From assembly GCA_007693295.1 (NCBI GenBank), contig REDT01000264.1:146-64145 (forward strand): a stretch of 64,000 bases of DNA, read 5' to 3'. Positions 1-10,782 of this stretch are shown piece after piece. How positions within the stretch are numbered: the stretch's first letter is position 1; every line of letters starts with the position of its first letter. Source of the DNA: Balneolaceae bacterium. GTDB lineage: Bacteria; Bacteroidota; Rhodothermia; Balneolales; Balneolaceae. The position numbers and the translations under genes are program-made. The notes below the pieces were generated by a model. It was not told the DNA's origin and did not search any database. It saw nothing but the letters and a program-made list of their open reading frames with translations.

Positions 1-3
1 CCC

Positions 4-1365
4 ATGCAAGATCTCCAACTCATACTTGCCACGTTAGCCGGAATTGCCCTGCTCCTTTTGATGGTGACCCGCTTTAAAATCAATGCGTTTATCGCTCTTA
101 TGATCTCAAGTATCTTTGTTGGCCTGGCGGCGGGTATGCCCGGTTCAGCCGTTATAGAGAGCATGCAGCAGGGAATGGGCGGTACACTTGGTTTTGTGGC
201 AACCGTGGTGGGATTGGGTGCAATCTTTGGCCAGATACTCGAGCACTCGGGCGGTGCCGAGGCGGTGGCCCGGAAAATGCTGAAGAAATTTGGCAAAGAG
301 AATGCCTCCTGGGCGATGATGATTACCGGATTTTTTGTAGCCATTCCCGTTTTTTTTGATGTGGCGTTCATTATCCTGGTCCCGCTGGTCTATGCGCTTG
401 GCCGCGATACCGGCAAATCCCTTCTCTACTACGGCATCCCACTTCTTACAGGTCTTGCCGTTACTCACGCCTTCATCCCTCCCACACCCGGCCCTATTGC
501 TGTAGCTGATATTCTTGGGGCTGATTTGGGTTGGGTCATACTCTTTGGATTTATCATCGGGATTCCAACAGCTGTTGTTGCCGGGCCGATATTCGGGAAA
601 TATATCGGCAGTAAAATTCACGTTCCCATTCCGGAGTATATGGAGCTGTCAGGCTGGGATGATCACGATGACGATACCCTTCCCTCCTTTTGGCTGCTGA
701 TCAGCATCATCTCTGTGCCGCTTGTATTAATACTTGGCAATACGCTTACCAACGCACTGGTTCAGCAAGGTGTTTGGCAGCCGGGTCTGTTCAGCGGGAT
801 AATGACTTTTATCGGGCATCCATTTATTGCGCTCACCATAGCCGTGCTGATTGCCCTCTATTGGCTGGGAGTTCGTCGCGGCTCAACCCGTGAGCAGCTC
901 TCCAAATTGAGCATGGAAGCGATGAAGCCGGCCGGTGTAATAATTCTTATTACAGGCGCGGGAGGAGTATTCAAGGAGGTTTTGGTTGACAGCGGTGTGG
1001 GTGAGATGCTGGCTACAACGATGTCTGATATCGGGCTTCCGGTGATTGTACTTGCCTGGCTGATTGCGGCCGCAGTGAGAATTACACAGGGTTCGGCCAC
1101 TGTAGCCATGATCACGGCGGCCGGGATTATCTATCCCATTATGATCAATTTTGATTTAAGTGAACCCTATAAAGCCCTTGTGGTTCTTTCCATAGCAGCC
1201 GGTGCTACAATCATGTCTCACGTGAACGACAGCGGCTTCTGGCTGGTAAACCGGTACTTCGGAATGAGCGAAAAAGATACGCTTCGCTCCTGGACGGTAA
1301 TGGCGACCATTGTAGCTGTGATGGGTTTAATACTTGCTCTGGCGTTGAGTTTTGTAGTGGGTTAA
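4..1365 (+). CDS. GntP-family (gluconate/H+ symporter-like) permease
   Basis: The 453-aa ORF is almost entirely hydrophobic, with about 12 helix-length segments split by a hydrophilic loop (..GWDDHDDDTLPSF..). This layout is typical of GntP/DsdX transporters. The substrate cannot be inferred. Confidence 0.8.
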   Translation: MQDLQLILATLAGIALLLLMVTRFKINAFIALMISSIFVGLAAGMPGSAVIESMQQGMGGTLGFVATVVGLGAIFGQILEHSGGAEAVARKMLKKFGKENASWAMMITGFFVAIPVFFDVAFIILVPLVYALGRDTGKSLLYYGIPLLTGLAVTHAFIPPTPGPIAVADILGADLGWVILFGFIIGIPTAVVAGPIFGKYIGSKIHVPIPEYMELSGWDDHDDDTLPSFWLLISIISVPLVLILGNTLTNALVQQGVWQPGLFSGIMTFIGHPFIALTIAVLIALYWLGVRRGSTREQLSKLSMEAMKPAGVIILITGAGGVFKEVLVDSGVGEMLATTMSDIGLPVIVLAWLIAAAVRITQGSATVAMITAAGIIYPIMINFDLSEPYKALVVLSIAAGATIMSHVNDSGFWLVNRYFGMSEKDTLRSWTVMATIVAVMGLILALALSFVVG

Positions 1366-1496
1366 CAACTGTCAGGGTTGGAGTGACCTTAAGGTGTCTG
1401 TAGCGGAACGGAAGTCCTTTGTCTAATGCATCCCTGTGGTTAAAAACCTCCATTACTCTATCTTTTAGATCGACATCCCTTTTGCATCCCCCCGGC

Positions 1497-1517
1497 AAAA
1501 ACGCTAAACGCGTTTTT
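1497..1517. terminator. Possible bidirectional hairpin between convergent genes (AAAAACGC-taaac-GCGTTTTT)
   Basis: An A-tract, a short GC stem and a T-tract lie between the 3' ends of the GntP gene (+) and leuS (-). The stem is short, so this is a weak call. Confidence 0.3.
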
Positions 1518-1521
1518 ACAT

Positions 1522-1551
1522 CCCCTCCGCCAGCCGGCGGAGGGACACTCC
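1522..1551. repeat. Family-A palindromic repeat copy (CCCCTCCGCC-agcc-GGCGGAGGG-ACACTCC)
   Basis: A perfect 9-bp stem (1523-1531 / 1536-1544) is followed by the ACACT tail. The same architecture occurs at 39767-39795 and 53946-53972, and the 16-nt core is identical to 29307-29322. Confidence 0.7.
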
Positions 1552-1569
1552 TGTGACCTTGAAAATCTT

Positions 1570-4158
1570 CTATCCCGGTTTTACTACAAGATTCACAATA
1601 CGTCCCGGTACAAAAATCTCCTTCACAATGGTTGAACCATCAAGGTATTTTTCAATATTCTTTTGCTGTTTGGCAAGGCCGAGTACAAAATCCTTGTCTT
1701 TGGCTCTCTCAGCCGGAACTTCGATATTTGCCCGAACTTTTCCATTCACCTGTACAGGATATTCAACCGTATCGCTCTTGAGATACTCCTCGTTATATGC
1801 CGGCCACTCTTCATATGCCAGCGTCTCTTTATGCCCGAGCCTGTTCCACATCTCTTCAGCAATGTGCGGTGCAAATGGAGAGAGCAGAATCACAAAAGGT
1901 TCAGCAACAGATCTTGGTAAAGCTTCCCACTGGTTGGCTTCATTCACAAAGATCATCAATGCAGAGATACCGGTATTAAATCGCATATTCTCGATATCCT
2001 CGGTCACTTTCTTGATCGCTTCGTGAAGCACTTTCAGCTGTCCGGCATCCGCCTCGGTGTCCGAGATATTCAGCACATCCTCATCCCCGTCTCCGAAAAA
2101 GAGTCGCCAGGCGCGGTTCAGAAAACGGTTCACGCCCTCCACACCTTTCGTACTCCAGGGCTTTACCTGCTCCAGCGGCCCCATAAACATCTCATAGAGT
2201 CGCAGAGAGTCTGCACCGTAACGCACCACAACATCATCAGGATTGATCACATTTCCACGCGATTTCGACATTTTATGAGCTTTGGAATCAACAGTAATTT
2301 GAGTTCCCTTCATCACAAAGCGATCGCCTTTTTTCTCCACATCTGAATCGGATAGCCGCACCCGGGTAACATCGTCCAAACCGGCTGCTTCTTCGGCGCT
2401 GATCATTTTGCCATCTTTTTCATACGCGGTGTACTCTACCTCTCCAAGGATCATCCCCTGGTGGACCAGCTTTTGAAATGGCTCTTTAGTGGATACAACT
2501 CCGCAATCGTACAGCACTTTGTGCCAGAACCGGGCATAGAGAAGATGCAGAACCGAGTGTTCAGACCCACCCACATAGAGATCAACGGGCATCCAGTAGT
2601 TCTCTTCGCCTTTGTCAACAGGTCCGCCATCATAATCGGGACTAATATAGCGTAAATAGTACCAGCACGATCCGGCCCATTGTGGCATGGTATTGGTTTC
2701 ACGAAGAGCCTTTTTGCCGGTCTCCGGATCTGTTGTCTCAACCCACTCAGTGGCACGTGCCAGCGGTGGTTCACCAGTTTTAGTTGGCTGGAAATGGTCT
2801 ACTTCCGGCAGGATTACGGGCAGCTCCTCTTCGGGTACAGCTTTTGGCTTGCCATCCACATGTATAATGGGGAAAGGCTCACCCCAGTAGCGCTGACGTG
2901 AAAAAAGCCAGTCGCGCAGCTTATAGTTTACGCTCTTCTTGCCCACCCCGTTCTTCTCAAGCCATTCGATAATTCTTAACTTTGCGTCAGTAATGTATAG
3001 GCCATTTAAAAAGTCGCTGTTAATGGCCGGGCCATCTAAGGTATAGGCTTTTCCTTCAAAATCTTCAGGCGGCTGAACGGTTCGAATAATGGGCAGATCA
3101 AATGATTCGGCAAATTCCCAGTCGCGTTCATCCTGCCCGGGTACCGCCATAATGGCCCCGGTTCCGTAGTGAGCAAGCACATAGTCGGCAATCCAGATCG
3201 GGATCTCCTTGCCGTTGGCCGGATTGATGGCGTAAGCTCCGGTAAAAACCCCCGACTTCTCTTTAGTGATCTCCTGTCGTTCTAAATCGGATTTCTGCTC
3301 AGCTTTCTCCTTATAGTCTTCAACATCCTTTTTCTGGTCCGGAGTCGTAATTACATCCACAAGATGGTGTTCCGGTGCAAGTACCATGTAGGTAGCGCCA
3401 AAAATGGTATCGGGACGGGTGGTAAACACACAAATCTTCTCATCGTGCTCATGAACCTGGAAGTCGATCTCTGCCCCTATCGATTTTCCAATCCAGTTGC
3501 GCTGCATCTCTTTAGTAGATTCGGGCCATTCAAGGTCGTCCAGGTCTTCAAGCAGACGATCTGCATAGGCCGTAATTTTCAGTACCCATTGGCGCATCGG
3601 TCTTCTTACGACCGGGTAACCTCCTACTTCACTCTTTCCGTCGATAACCTCTTCATTGGCCAGAACAGTCCCAAGTTCGGGGCACCAGTTAACCGGAGCT
3701 TCATCTTCATAGGCAAGACCTTTTTCAAAGAGCTTGAGGAATATCCACTGTGTCCACTTGTAGTAATCGGGGTCGGTAGTGTTTACTTCACGGTCCCAAT
3801 CGTAGGAGAAGCCGAGCATCTGAAGCTGTTCCCGAAATCGAATGATATTCTTCTCAGTGGTAATCCGGGGATGGGTTCCTGTTTTGACTGCATACTGCTC
3901 GGCCGGCAGTCCAAATGCGTCCCATCCAATTGGGTGTAACACATTGTAGCCCTTCATTCTCTTGTATCGAGCCAGAATATCTGTAGCTGTATATCCCTCA
4001 GGATGCCCCACATGCAGACCCGATCCGCTGGGATAGGGAAACATATCTAAGATGTAGTATTTCGGCTTGTCGTGATTTTCCGGAGTTTTAAACGTCTTTT
4101 TTTCCAGCCAGTACTTCTGCCACCTGGTTTCAATCTCTGAAGGTTTGTAATTGCTCAT
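1570..4158 (-). CDS. leuS: Leucyl-tRNA synthetase
   Basis: This 862-aa ORF has the class I HIGH-type motif (LHVGHPEGY) and KMSKS (HKMSKSRGN), with LeuRS length and an editing-domain insertion. Confidence 0.97.
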   Translation of the reverse strand: MSNYKPSEIETRWQKYWLEKKTFKTPENHDKPKYYILDMFPYPSGSGLHVGHPEGYTATDILARYKRMKGYNVLHPIGWDAFGLPAEQYAVKTGTHPRITTEKNIIRFREQLQMLGFSYDWDREVNTTDPDYYKWTQWIFLKLFEKGLAYEDEAPVNWCPELGTVLANEEVIDGKSEVGGYPVVRRPMRQWVLKITAYADRLLEDLDDLEWPESTKEMQRNWIGKSIGAEIDFQVHEHDEKICVFTTRPDTIFGATYMVLAPEHHLVDVITTPDQKKDVEDYKEKAEQKSDLERQEITKEKSGVFTGAYAINPANGKEIPIWIADYVLAHYGTGAIMAVPGQDERDWEFAESFDLPIIRTVQPPEDFEGKAYTLDGPAINSDFLNGLYITDAKLRIIEWLEKNGVGKKSVNYKLRDWLFSRQRYWGEPFPIIHVDGKPKAVPEEELPVILPEVDHFQPTKTGEPPLARATEWVETTDPETGKKALRETNTMPQWAGSCWYYLRYISPDYDGGPVDKGEENYWMPVDLYVGGSEHSVLHLLYARFWHKVLYDCGVVSTKEPFQKLVHQGMILGEVEYTAYEKDGKMISAEEAAGLDDVTRVRLSDSDVEKKGDRFVMKGTQITVDSKAHKMSKSRGNVINPDDVVVRYGADSLRLYEMFMGPLEQVKPWSTKGVEGVNRFLNRAWRLFFGDGDEDVLNISDTEADAGQLKVLHEAIKKVTEDIENMRFNTGISALMIFVNEANQWEALPRSVAEPFVILLSPFAPHIAEEMWNRLGHKETLAYEEWPAYNEEYLKSDTVEYPVQVNGKVRANIEVPAERAKDKDFVLGLAKQQKNIEKYLDGSTIVKEIFVPGRIVNLVVKPG

Positions 4159-4245
4159 TAAGGTTTTGTGTGTGCAGTTCTTTAAATAATATTTTCGGAT
4201 AGCTTGATAAGATATGGAAAAAAAGATTCGGACTCACGCCGAACT

Positions 4246-4323
4246 CACCCCCTGTCCCCCTCTCTTCGCAGTCGCCCTCGTTCGCTAATCGCGAACTGTG
4301 CTCCTTCGCAAAGAGGGGGAACT
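4246..4323. repeat. Family-B GC-rich nested palindromic element (CACCCCCTGTCCCCCTC ... GAGGGGGAACT)
   Basis: The outer imperfect stem is CCCCCTCTcttCGC / GCaaAGAGGGGG. It encloses a perfect inner hairpin GTTCGC-taatc-GCGAAC (4280-4296). The 5' part matches CACCCCTGTCCCCTCC at 57081-57096. Confidence 0.65.
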
Positions 4324-4519
4324 CTCTACTTATATCGTACCACATTATAGATATATGAGGGTTTCAAAATTTGACAAGAAATAATTTAAGGCTGGATTAA
4401 CATTTCAATTTCGATTATAAAAAAATTAATGCCAGAGTTATTCACTATTGAGACAAAAAATGTAATCAAGCTTAGCATCTAATTAATGAGTCCCTACGGG
4501 AGGGGTGAGTCCTACTGAG

Positions 4520-5368
4520 TCAAAGAAACCTTTTCACAATATCCCCATACTCATCCACCCTTCTGTCGCGGAAAAAAGGCCAGATCTGCCGATGGTTTTC
4601 GATGGTGCTGAAATCGATATCCGTGATAATAAATCCTTCATTTTCGTCTGCCTGAGCGATCAACTCTCCGAATGGGCCGCAAACGAAAGAGTTGCCCCAG
4701 AATTTTGATCCGCCCTCTACTCCCACCCTGTTAATGCTTGCCACAAAGCAGCCATTAGCTATGGCGTGACTTCGCTGAATGGTTTTCCAGGCGTCCATGA
4801 ACTGTTTTTTGTCGGTGTCGCTCTCTTCCGGCAGGGTGCCGATTGCCGTTGGGTAGACCAGGATATCGGCACCGGCCATGGCTGTTAAACGGGCGGCTTC
4901 CGGGAACCACTGATCCCAGCAGATCAACGTACCGATTTTACCGGCTGAGGTATCAAAAACTTTGAAACCCAAATCCCCCGGTGTAAAATAGTACTTCTCA
5001 TAAAATCCGGGGTCATCCGGTATGTGCATTTTCCGGTATAATCCGGCAATGGTTCCATCCTTTTCAAGCACTACCATTGTATTAAAATAGATTCCGGCTG
5101 CTTTTCTCTCAAAAAGCGGCAGCAGAATCACAACACCCAACTCTTTTGCCAGCTTTGAAAATCGATCGGTGGTTGGTCCAGGCACCGGTTCTGCCCAGGA
5201 GAAAAATGTTTGATCTATCTCACGGCAAAAATAGGTGGAATTAAACAACTCTTGAAGCGCAATGCAATCGGCTCCGGCTTTTGCAGCCTCCCTGATAAAA
5301 TGCTCAGCCTTGTCACTGTTTTCCGGCAGATTTGTTGTACATGCAAATTGAATAGCAGCAAATTTCAC
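4520..5368 (-). CDS. aguB: Carbon-nitrogen hydrolase, N-carbamoylputrescine amidase-like
   Basis: This 282-aa nitrilase-superfamily protein carries the conserved core ..YRKMHIPDDPGFYEKYYFTPGD..GTLICWDQWFPEAAR..YPTAIG.. that is characteristic of N-carbamoylputrescine amidases. Confidence 0.8.
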   Translation of the reverse strand: MKFAAIQFACTTNLPENSDKAEHFIREAAKAGADCIALQELFNSTYFCREIDQTFFSWAEPVPGPTTDRFSKLAKELGVVILLPLFERKAAGIYFNTMVVLEKDGTIAGLYRKMHIPDDPGFYEKYYFTPGDLGFKVFDTSAGKIGTLICWDQWFPEAARLTAMAGADILVYPTAIGTLPEESDTDKKQFMDAWKTIQRSHAIANGCFVASINRVGVEGGSKFWGNSFVCGPFGELIAQADENEGFIITDIDFSTIENHRQIWPFFRDRRVDEYGDIVKRFL

Positions 5369-5618
5369 AATTCAAATATTAATGAAGATTATCTGATGTT
5401 TTTTATTAAAAAAAGAATGTAAGCAAAATGAATCTGAATCGCATTTAAGCTATTTGGCATCATATCGGTAAAAAGATTCAAAAAAGCGCTTTTCTTTTCA
5501 TAAAATTAAGCGAATGTCCTACCTTTAAAACTTGAGATATAATTCAATTTTTCCTCATAAAAACTTCATGCTCATCATTTACTCTTTTTTATTCACGATG
5601 AGCTCTACTATTTATTAA

Positions 5619-7250
5619 ATGACTATAAAAAGAAATTATTCAGAAATGAATCAATATCATAAGCAACCAAAAAGTAAATACGGACTCGACTACCTGGGAC
5701 TAAAAGACAGTGAAAATGTACTTTGGAACCTCAATCCCTCCGAGCTATACGAGCAGGCTATCAGCAATGGAGAAGCCGTTTTAACAGACAAACACGCTCT
5801 GTTGGTTCATACCGGTAAATACACCGGCAGGTCTCCGCTTGATAAATTCACGGTTGAAGAGCCATCCACAAAAGATGATATCGACTGGGGCGGATTTAAC
5901 AAGCCCATCTCTTCTGAGATTTTCGATAATCTTCATAAAAAAGTAGCCGGATATCTGACAGACAAGAAACTTTATGTAAAAGATCTTTATGCCGGTGCGG
6001 ATCCAAAATACAGGCTTAATGTCCGCGTGGTGAGTGCAGCAGCATATCACGGCCTGTTTGCACACAATATGTTTATCAACCCGCCTGATGATGAACTGAC
6101 AAACATCGAGCCGGGTTTTACCGTATTGGCTGCTCCAACCTTTCAGGCTAACCCTGAGGTTGATGGTACACGATCAAGTACCTTTATACTCTGCAGTTTT
6201 GAAAAGAAGCTGATTCTGATTGGAGGTACACTCTATTCCGGCGAAGTGAAAAAAGGCATTTTTGCAGTATTGAATTACCTGTTACCTAAACGGGATGTAA
6301 TGGCTATGCACTGCTCGGCCAATATGGAGCATGATGGAAAGACAGCTGTCTTTTTTGGCCTCTCAGGAACCGGTAAAACCACGCTCTCTGCTGATGCCGA
6401 TAAGGTTTTAATTGGTGATGATGAACACGGATGGAGTGAAGACGGCATCTTCAACTTTGAAGGCGGATGTTATGCAAAAACGATCAATCTATCAGCTGAG
6501 AAAGAACCCGAGATCTATCAGACAACGCAAATGCCGGGTACAATACTTGAAAATGTTGTTGTTAATAAAGACAGGGTGCCGGATTTTGATGATGACAGCC
6601 TCACTCAGAACACTCGCTGTTCCTATCCGATATCATTTATACCGAATGCCAGCGAAACGGGAATTGGAGGGCATCCAGAGAACGTAATCTTTTTAACCGC
6701 CGATGCATTCGGGGTGCTCCCCCCTATTTCCAAGCTAACACCCGAACAGGCTATGTATCACTTCATCAGCGGATACACTGCCAAGGTTGCCGGAACCGAA
6801 CGTGGAGTTACCGAACCGCAGGCTACCTTCTCTGCTTGCTTTGGGGCACCTTTTATGCCGCTGCACCCTACTGTTTATGCTGAACTGCTTGCCGAAAAGA
6901 TCAGGAAGCATAACTCCAATGTGTGGCTGGTAAATACCGGCTGGACCGGCGGGATGTATGGAACCGGTTCTCGTATGAAACTCTCGCACACCCGCAAGAT
7001 GCTAAATGAAGCGATTGCCGGAAATCTGGATGATGTAAATTATGTAGAGGAGCCAATATTTGGCCTACAAATTCCCAAAAAAGTGACCGGAGTACCCGAT
7101 AACGTACTCATTCCCCGAAATACATGGAAAGATAAAGACGCTTACGACAAAAAGGCGGCTGAACTCGCAGACATGTTTAAACGGAATTTTGAAAAGTTCT
7201 CTGAACTGGCAAGTAATGAGCTTCTAAAGGCCGGGCCGGTAATTGAATAA
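5619..7250 (+). CDS. pckA: Phosphoenolpyruvate carboxykinase (ATP)
   Basis: The 543-aa ORF has the kinase-1a loop FFGLSGTGKTTLS followed by IGDDEHGW, the standard ATP-PEPCK signature. Confidence 0.97.
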   Translation: MTIKRNYSEMNQYHKQPKSKYGLDYLGLKDSENVLWNLNPSELYEQAISNGEAVLTDKHALLVHTGKYTGRSPLDKFTVEEPSTKDDIDWGGFNKPISSEIFDNLHKKVAGYLTDKKLYVKDLYAGADPKYRLNVRVVSAAAYHGLFAHNMFINPPDDELTNIEPGFTVLAAPTFQANPEVDGTRSSTFILCSFEKKLILIGGTLYSGEVKKGIFAVLNYLLPKRDVMAMHCSANMEHDGKTAVFFGLSGTGKTTLSADADKVLIGDDEHGWSEDGIFNFEGGCYAKTINLSAEKEPEIYQTTQMPGTILENVVVNKDRVPDFDDDSLTQNTRCSYPISFIPNASETGIGGHPENVIFLTADAFGVLPPISKLTPEQAMYHFISGYTAKVAGTERGVTEPQATFSACFGAPFMPLHPTVYAELLAEKIRKHNSNVWLVNTGWTGGMYGTGSRMKLSHTRKMLNEAIAGNLDDVNYVEEPIFGLQIPKKVTGVPDNVLIPRNTWKDKDAYDKKAAELADMFKRNFEKFSELASNELLKAGPVIE

Positions 7251-7270
7251 TCTGATTAGTGATTGACTGA

Positions 7271-7309
7271 AAGGCCCGGAGTGGAGACATTTCGGGCTTT
7301 TCTGTTTTT
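7271..7309 (+). terminator. Intrinsic terminator after pckA
   Basis: The hairpin is AAGGCCCGGA-(10 nt)-TTCGGGCTTT: a 10-bp stem including two G.U pairs, followed by TCTGTTTTT. Confidence 0.6.
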
Positions 7310-7374
7310 CAGGTTCTTTTACTCAAGTTTGAAGTTCCGTACCTTTGAATTCAAGTTTTTAAAGAAAATAATTT

Positions 7375-8283
7375 ATGAGCGTTATTTCCATTCCCGATTT
7401 TAATCAAACTATCCCAATCGATAAGGTTGGGGTTGAAGAGCGTGTATCACGCTTAAATAAGCGAAGTATCAAAAAAGAGTCCAAGGTTCAGGCCCTTAAG
7501 CTGGCACTAAGCATGATTGACCTGACAACCCTGGAGGGAAAAGATTCTGAAGGCAAAGTGATTCAAATGTGCAGTAAGGCAAGGGTGCCCTATGCCCCGA
7601 TGCCACAACTGCCTTCTGTAGCCGCCGTTTGCGTATATCCGAATATGGTAGCCACAGCAAAAAAGGCGCTGAAAGGCACCGGCATTTATGTGGCAAGCGT
7701 TGCCACTGCTTTTCCCAGCGGAATGGCTCAGCTGCAGGTTAAACTGGATGACACCAAGTTTGCCGTTGATAGCGGAGCCGATGAAATTGATATGGTAATT
7801 TCTCGCGGTGAATTTTTGAAGGGGAACTACAATTTTATTTTTGATGAAATTGCCGCTATAAAAGAGGCCTGTGGAGAAGCTCATCTAAAGGTTATTCTTG
7901 AAACCGGCGAGCTCGAAACCTATGAAAATGTGCGCACGGCAAGCGACATTGCGATGTATGCGGGAGCGGATTTTATTAAAACCTCAACCGGAAAAATATC
8001 TCCTGCGGCAACGCAACCGGTTACACTGGTTATGCTGGAAGCCATTCGAGATTTTTACGGTGACACGGGCATTATGGTAGGCATGAAACCCGCCGGCGGT
8101 ATTCGAAAGGCGAAAGAGGCACTGCAATATCTTGTCTTGGTTAAGGAAACACTGGGGGCGGCATGGCTTACGCCCAACTGGTTCCGGTTTGGGGCAAGCT
8201 CACTCACAAACGACCTGTTGATGCAGATTGTAAAACAGGAAACAGGAGTATATCAAAGCCTGCACTACTTCTCTGAAGATTAA
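7375..8283 (+). CDS. deoC: Deoxyribose-phosphate aldolase (long form)
   Basis: This 302-aa class I aldolase has the Schiff-base lysine context GADFIKTSTGK and IDMVI. Confidence 0.9.
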   Translation: MSVISIPDFNQTIPIDKVGVEERVSRLNKRSIKKESKVQALKLALSMIDLTTLEGKDSEGKVIQMCSKARVPYAPMPQLPSVAAVCVYPNMVATAKKALKGTGIYVASVATAFPSGMAQLQVKLDDTKFAVDSGADEIDMVISRGEFLKGNYNFIFDEIAAIKEACGEAHLKVILETGELETYENVRTASDIAMYAGADFIKTSTGKISPAATQPVTLVMLEAIRDFYGDTGIMVGMKPAGGIRKAKEALQYLVLVKETLGAAWLTPNWFRFGASSLTNDLLMQIVKQETGVYQSLHYFSED

Positions 8284-8308
8284 ACGATTTTAAAACGGTA
8301 CACATATT

Positions 8309-9844
8309 ATGTCTGAGAAAACGAAAAAAAATGAAGGTGAAGCCACTGCCAACGGCTCTGCGAAGCCCACATCTCCAAATGCGGACCTGAAGCATGATTT
8401 TGCATCTTTTTGGAACTATAGCCCGGCACCTGAGAGCAGTGATTTTGTAGAGATCAGGGAGCAGTATCAACACTATATTGATGGTTCCTTTTCTGTACCG
8501 GCCAAGAAGCGCTATTTTAAATCGATCAATCCGGCTACCGAAGAGGTTCTTGCGGAATTTGCTGAAGGGACTTCAGAAGACGTGGACAAAGCGGTAAAGG
8601 CAGCCCGCAAAGCCTATGATAAAGTTTGGAGTAAATTACCGGCCCGTGAGAGAGGAAAATATATCTACCGGATTGCAAGAATGATCCAGGAGCGGGCCAG
8701 AGAGCTGGCCATTATCGAATCGATGGATGGCGGAAAACCGATCCGCGAATCACGTGATGTAGACGTTCCTCTGGCTGCTGCATACTTCTTCTATTATGCC
8801 GGCTGGGCCGATAAACTGGACTACGCCTTCCCGGGCAGAAAAGCTGAGCCCGTAGGTGTATGCGGACAGATCATCCCCTGGAACTTTCCGCTTCTGATGC
8901 TTGCATGGAAAATCGCTCCTGCCCTGGCAACGGGCAATACCGTTGTGTTGAAACCGGCCGAAACCACATCTTTAACCGCACTGAAATTTGCAGAGATCTG
9001 CATGGATGCAGGGTTGCCGGCAGGCGTTGTAAATATTGTTACAGGAGCAGGTCAGACAGGAGCTGCTATTGTGGATCATCCCGACATCAACAAAATTGCG
9101 TTTACCGGGTCTACAGAGGTTGGTAAAATTATTCAGAAATCTTTAGCGGGAACAGAGAAGAAATTTACCCTTGAACTGGGAGGTAAAGGACCCAACATTA
9201 TTTTTGAGGATGCTTCAGTGGATCAGGCCGTTGAGGGTATTGTGAACGCCATATTCTTTAACCAGGGCCATGTTTGCTGTGCCGGATCGCGATTGCTGGT
9301 ACAGGAGGGCATTGCCGACAAACTGATTAAGAAACTGAAGCAAAGAATGGAAACCTTGATTGTGGGTGATCCGCTGGATAAAAATACGGATATCGGGGCC
9401 ATTAATTCCAAAATGCAGTTCAATAAGATCAATGAGTATATTGAAATAGGTATTAAGGAGGGGGCAACCATCCATCAAAGCAACTCATCAAGCCTGCCGG
9501 ATAAAGGTTATTTCTGCAAGCCTACCATATTTACCGGTGTGGCACAAAGTAACCGGATTGTACAGGAAGAAATTTTCGGGCCTGTTTTGACGATTCAAAC
9601 TTTCCGAACACCTGAGGAAGCGGTGGAAAAGGCCAATAATACACCCTACGGGCTTGCCGGAGGTATTTGGACGGACAAAGGTTCTAAAATATTTAAAATC
9701 AGTCAAAAATTACGGTCCGGCGTGGTTTGGGCTAACACCTTTAATAAGTTTGACCCAACCTCACCCTTTGGAGGATACAAAGAGAGTGGAGTGGGTCGTG
9801 AAGGCGGGTTGCATGGATTGTACCCCTACGTGAAACTCAAATAA
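8309..9844 (+). CDS. NAD(P)-dependent aldehyde dehydrogenase
   Basis: This is a full-length 511-aa ALDH. It has FTGSTEVGK (cofactor binding), LELGGKGP (general base Glu) and NQGHVCCAGSR (catalytic Cys). It is co-directional with deoC and 25 nt downstream of it. Confidence 0.9.
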   Translation: MSEKTKKNEGEATANGSAKPTSPNADLKHDFASFWNYSPAPESSDFVEIREQYQHYIDGSFSVPAKKRYFKSINPATEEVLAEFAEGTSEDVDKAVKAARKAYDKVWSKLPARERGKYIYRIARMIQERARELAIIESMDGGKPIRESRDVDVPLAAAYFFYYAGWADKLDYAFPGRKAEPVGVCGQIIPWNFPLLMLAWKIAPALATGNTVVLKPAETTSLTALKFAEICMDAGLPAGVVNIVTGAGQTGAAIVDHPDINKIAFTGSTEVGKIIQKSLAGTEKKFTLELGGKGPNIIFEDASVDQAVEGIVNAIFFNQGHVCCAGSRLLVQEGIADKLIKKLKQRMETLIVGDPLDKNTDIGAINSKMQFNKINEYIEIGIKEGATIHQSNSSSLPDKGYFCKPTIFTGVAQSNRIVQEEIFGPVLTIQTFRTPEEAVEKANNTPYGLAGGIWTDKGSKIFKISQKLRSGVVWANTFNKFDPTSPFGGYKESGVGREGGLHGLYPYVKLK

Positions 9845-9906
9845 GGAATGAGATTACAGGCAGAATAGCCATGCTAATTCAAAACAACATTTTAACAAAT
9901 TAAGTC

Positions 9907-10770
9907 ATGTCAGACAGAATTGACGTTTTAAAAACCTACAAAACCTATGTTGGCGGGAAATTCCCCAGAAGTGAATCCGACCGAACCTACAAGGTTAATA
10001 ACAGTAATGACAAGGTAGTTGCCAATGCATGCCGCTGCACGCGTAAAGATGTCAGAGATGCGGTATTGGCAGCAAGAACAGCCTCAAAAGACTGGAGCGG
10101 CAGGTCGGCTTACAATCGCGGACAGGTACTCTATCGGATTGCTGAAATGCTGGAAGGACGCAAGGATCAATTTATCAGGGAACTGGAGCTGCTTGGCATG
10201 AAATCCAAAGAGGCCGTATATGAAGTTGAACTCTCGGTAGACAGGCTCATCTATTACGCGGGCTGGACGGATAAATATCCACAGGTTTTCGGTACCGTAA
10301 ATCCGGTTGCAAGTTCGCACTTTAATTTCAGCGCGCCCGAACCTACCGGTGTGGTCGGTATCATAGCCTCGGATGAGGACCCGCTCCTCTCCATCATCTC
10401 CCTGATAGCACCGGTAATTGCAGGTGGCAATACATGTGTAATCCTGGCATCAGAGAGCAATCCTTTGCCGGCTGTAAGTTTTGGAGAGGTTCTTCATGCA
10501 TCCGATGTACCCGCAGGTGTGGTAAATATTTTAACCGGTTACCGGGAAGAGATGGTTGATCACCTGAGCAGCCATATGGATGTAAATGCGGTTCTCAATA
10601 CTATTTTTGATAAAGAAACCCGGAAACTTATAGATGAAAATGCATCTATAAGCGTTAAGCGGGTAGTTCATTACGACAGTAAAAACTGGGCGGATGATAC
10701 CCATGAAAATCCATACTTAATTCTGGATTTTCAGGAAACCAAAACAACCTGGCATCCGGTAGGTGTCTAA
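9907..10770 (+). CDS. ALDH-family protein lacking the catalytic domain (cofactor-binding half only)
   Basis: The 287-aa protein aligns by eye to the N-terminal half of the neighbouring ALDH (..YYAGW.DK.., ..PAGVVNI.TG..) and to the extreme C-terminal strand (..ETKTTW..). It has no ELGGK Glu, no catalytic Cys region and no F-G-S-x-x-G. Confidence 0.75.
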   Translation: MSDRIDVLKTYKTYVGGKFPRSESDRTYKVNNSNDKVVANACRCTRKDVRDAVLAARTASKDWSGRSAYNRGQVLYRIAEMLEGRKDQFIRELELLGMKSKEAVYEVELSVDRLIYYAGWTDKYPQVFGTVNPVASSHFNFSAPEPTGVVGIIASDEDPLLSIISLIAPVIAGGNTCVILASESNPLPAVSFGEVLHASDVPAGVVNILTGYREEMVDHLSSHMDVNAVLNTIFDKETRKLIDENASISVKRVVHYDSKNWADDTHENPYLILDFQETKTTWHPVGV

Positions 10771-10782
10771 TATCTATTTTTT

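Noticed and set aside
1553-4000. Multiple 60-190-aa ORFs antisense to leuS, and the analogous shadow ORFs inside pckA, ALDH, pheT, icmF, the TonB-like gene (39938..40474), the lipoprotein gene (48791..49330), trpB, trpD and the SPFH genes
   Set aside because: Each is nested in, or antisense to, a long ORF with unmistakable conserved motifs. The shadow ORFs have biased, low-complexity composition and I saw no recognisable family motifs in them.
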